From: Phaeosaccion multiseriatum
Taxonomy: Eukaryota; Protista; Ochrophyta, other classes
Reading direction: 5' to 3'
Assembly (NCBI GenBank): GCA_965112735.1
Contig: OZ218954.1
Location: 3,348,001 to 3,412,000 of the forward strand
DNA length: 64,000 nt
Each line of letters starts with the position of its first letter. Position 1 is the stretch's first letter. Positions 62,892 to 64,000 of this stretch are shown piece after piece. Both the position numbers and the translations under genes were made by a program. Below the pieces are notes generated by a model that was given only the letters and a program-made list of their open reading frames with translations, was not told the DNA's origin and searched no databases.

Positions 62892-63233
62892 ACCTCCTCA
62901 CAGGAAGATTGGGGGGAAGGGACGGAACAGAGGCAGTTCCTAAAAGTAAAGTTTCAACCGCAGCTTGACTCCTTCATTGTCGGGCGATGTCCCGCTCTTG
63001 CGGTGGTGAGCCAGCGGGAGCTGCTGGGAGAAGCAGCAACAGCAGGTGGAGGAGCAGGAGGAGGAAGAGCAAGGCGGAAGCCGCGAGAGGAGGCTGCAAT
63101 GTAGGGACACGGAATGGAAAGCAGCGAGGCGACAAGGACAGATGCACAGGTTAAGGACAAAGAGCAGAAGCAGAAGCAACACCCAGCTGAAGCAGCAGAC
63201 ACTGCAGCAGGGGGGGTAGGAGGACGAGAGGGC

Positions 63234-64000
63234 ATGAAGTCAGCCCCAGCCCATGGAGGGGCCGGACGGAGGCCCAGACAGCGCGAGCAAGAGAATAGTG
63301 ACCAAGGACTGCTTCCTCGCTGGACGAAGAGTCAAAACACTCGCCGGCATCTTGGGTCTTTCCTCCCGCCAGCCAGTAACTCACCAACAGCAGAAGTGGC
63401 GGCAAAGAAGGCGAAAAGAACCGCGTGGCATTGGAAGAGAAAGAGGAGGGGAGGCGGCGAGGGAAGAGGAGGAGGCTGCAACAATAAGAAGCGCAGCTCG
63501 TTGACCCGCGCAACCCTGTTCTATGGTGCAGTGGGTGTGATGGTGTGCTATTGCTTGTGGTGGTGGTGGCACTCGTTTCAACTAGTACTGAGCCATCATC
63601 AAGACCAGATACTGATGGGGCTGCCTCTTGACGCGCCAGGCAGGAGAAAACACCCCGCCCACCAGGAGCGAGCCATTGAGGAAGGGGAGATGAAGAAGAT
63701 AGGGCTGCAGCGGGGAGGAGGAAGAGAAGGGAAGCAAGACAGCAAGAAAGGAAGGGAGGAGGAGGAGGCGAGTGTACTCCTCCTCAACCCGAGTTGCAGC
63801 CCCCATGTCTTCCAGAAGGGAAGCGACTACGCAGGAGGAGACTTACGAATGGAGCCGATCACCACCAACATCAACACCAAAGGAGGAGAGAAGGAGGCCG
63901 AGTTGTGCTGCATGAAGTGTCGCGACGAGGGGCAATGCACGTCCTGGACCTTTGTGCCGAGCGATGGCTCGTGTTGGCTCAAAGAGACCCCCCTGGAGAG
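63234..64000 (+). CDS. Partial (3'-truncated) type II membrane protein with a PAN/apple domain
   Basis: Open frame from ATG 63234 to the window end: TM TLFYGAVGVMVCYCLWWWW, then GSDYAGGDL..ELCCMKCRDEGQCTSWTFVPSDGSCWLK (PAN_4 pattern). Confidence 0.8.
   Translation, partial: MKSAPAHGGAGRRPRQREQENSDQGLLPRWTKSQNTRRHLGSFLPPASNSPTAEVAAKKAKRTAWHWKRKRRGGGEGRGGGCNNKKRSSLTRATLFYGAVGVMVCYCLWWWWHSFQLVLSHHQDQILMGLPLDAPGRRKHPAHQERAIEEGEMKKIGLQRGGGREGKQDSKKGREEEEASVLLLNPSCSPHVFQKGSDYAGGDLRMEPITTNINTKGGEKEAELCCMKCRDEGQCTSWTFVPSDGSCWLKETPLE

Overview
Gene-dense, intron-rich, GC-rich eukaryotic nuclear DNA, most likely from a stramenopile/ochrophyte-type protist (inferred from the TEH-motif MAPK, the WRKY19-like Cys3His repeat protein and the gene set). 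I spliced about 17 protein-coding genes by eye: ARPC2, a vWA plus bacterial-type repeat membrane protein, a MAPK with a very long low-complexity tail, IBA57, QCR6, a divergent PP2A B' subunit, PRA1, an unknown zinc-finger protein, a 53-aa membrane microprotein, a WRKY19-like zinc-finger protein, CDKAL1, a roadblock-like protein, calponin/transgelin, a RibD-C reductase, an F-box protein, PTPA and a partial PAN-domain protein. Introns are filled with microsatellites. No RNA genes, CRISPR arrays or intact transposons were seen. The most striking unexplained signal is a dispersed, frame-independent DNA motif (C/G)AGTTGGTGATACAG: at least 15 exact TTGGTGATAC 10-mers plus about 12 one-off variants. 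It occurs in exons, introns and intergenic DNA on both strands, is often embedded in CAG runs, and is often near a second dispersed motif GATGGCAGTG(GATGG). All counts and splice sites were read manually and need computational confirmation.
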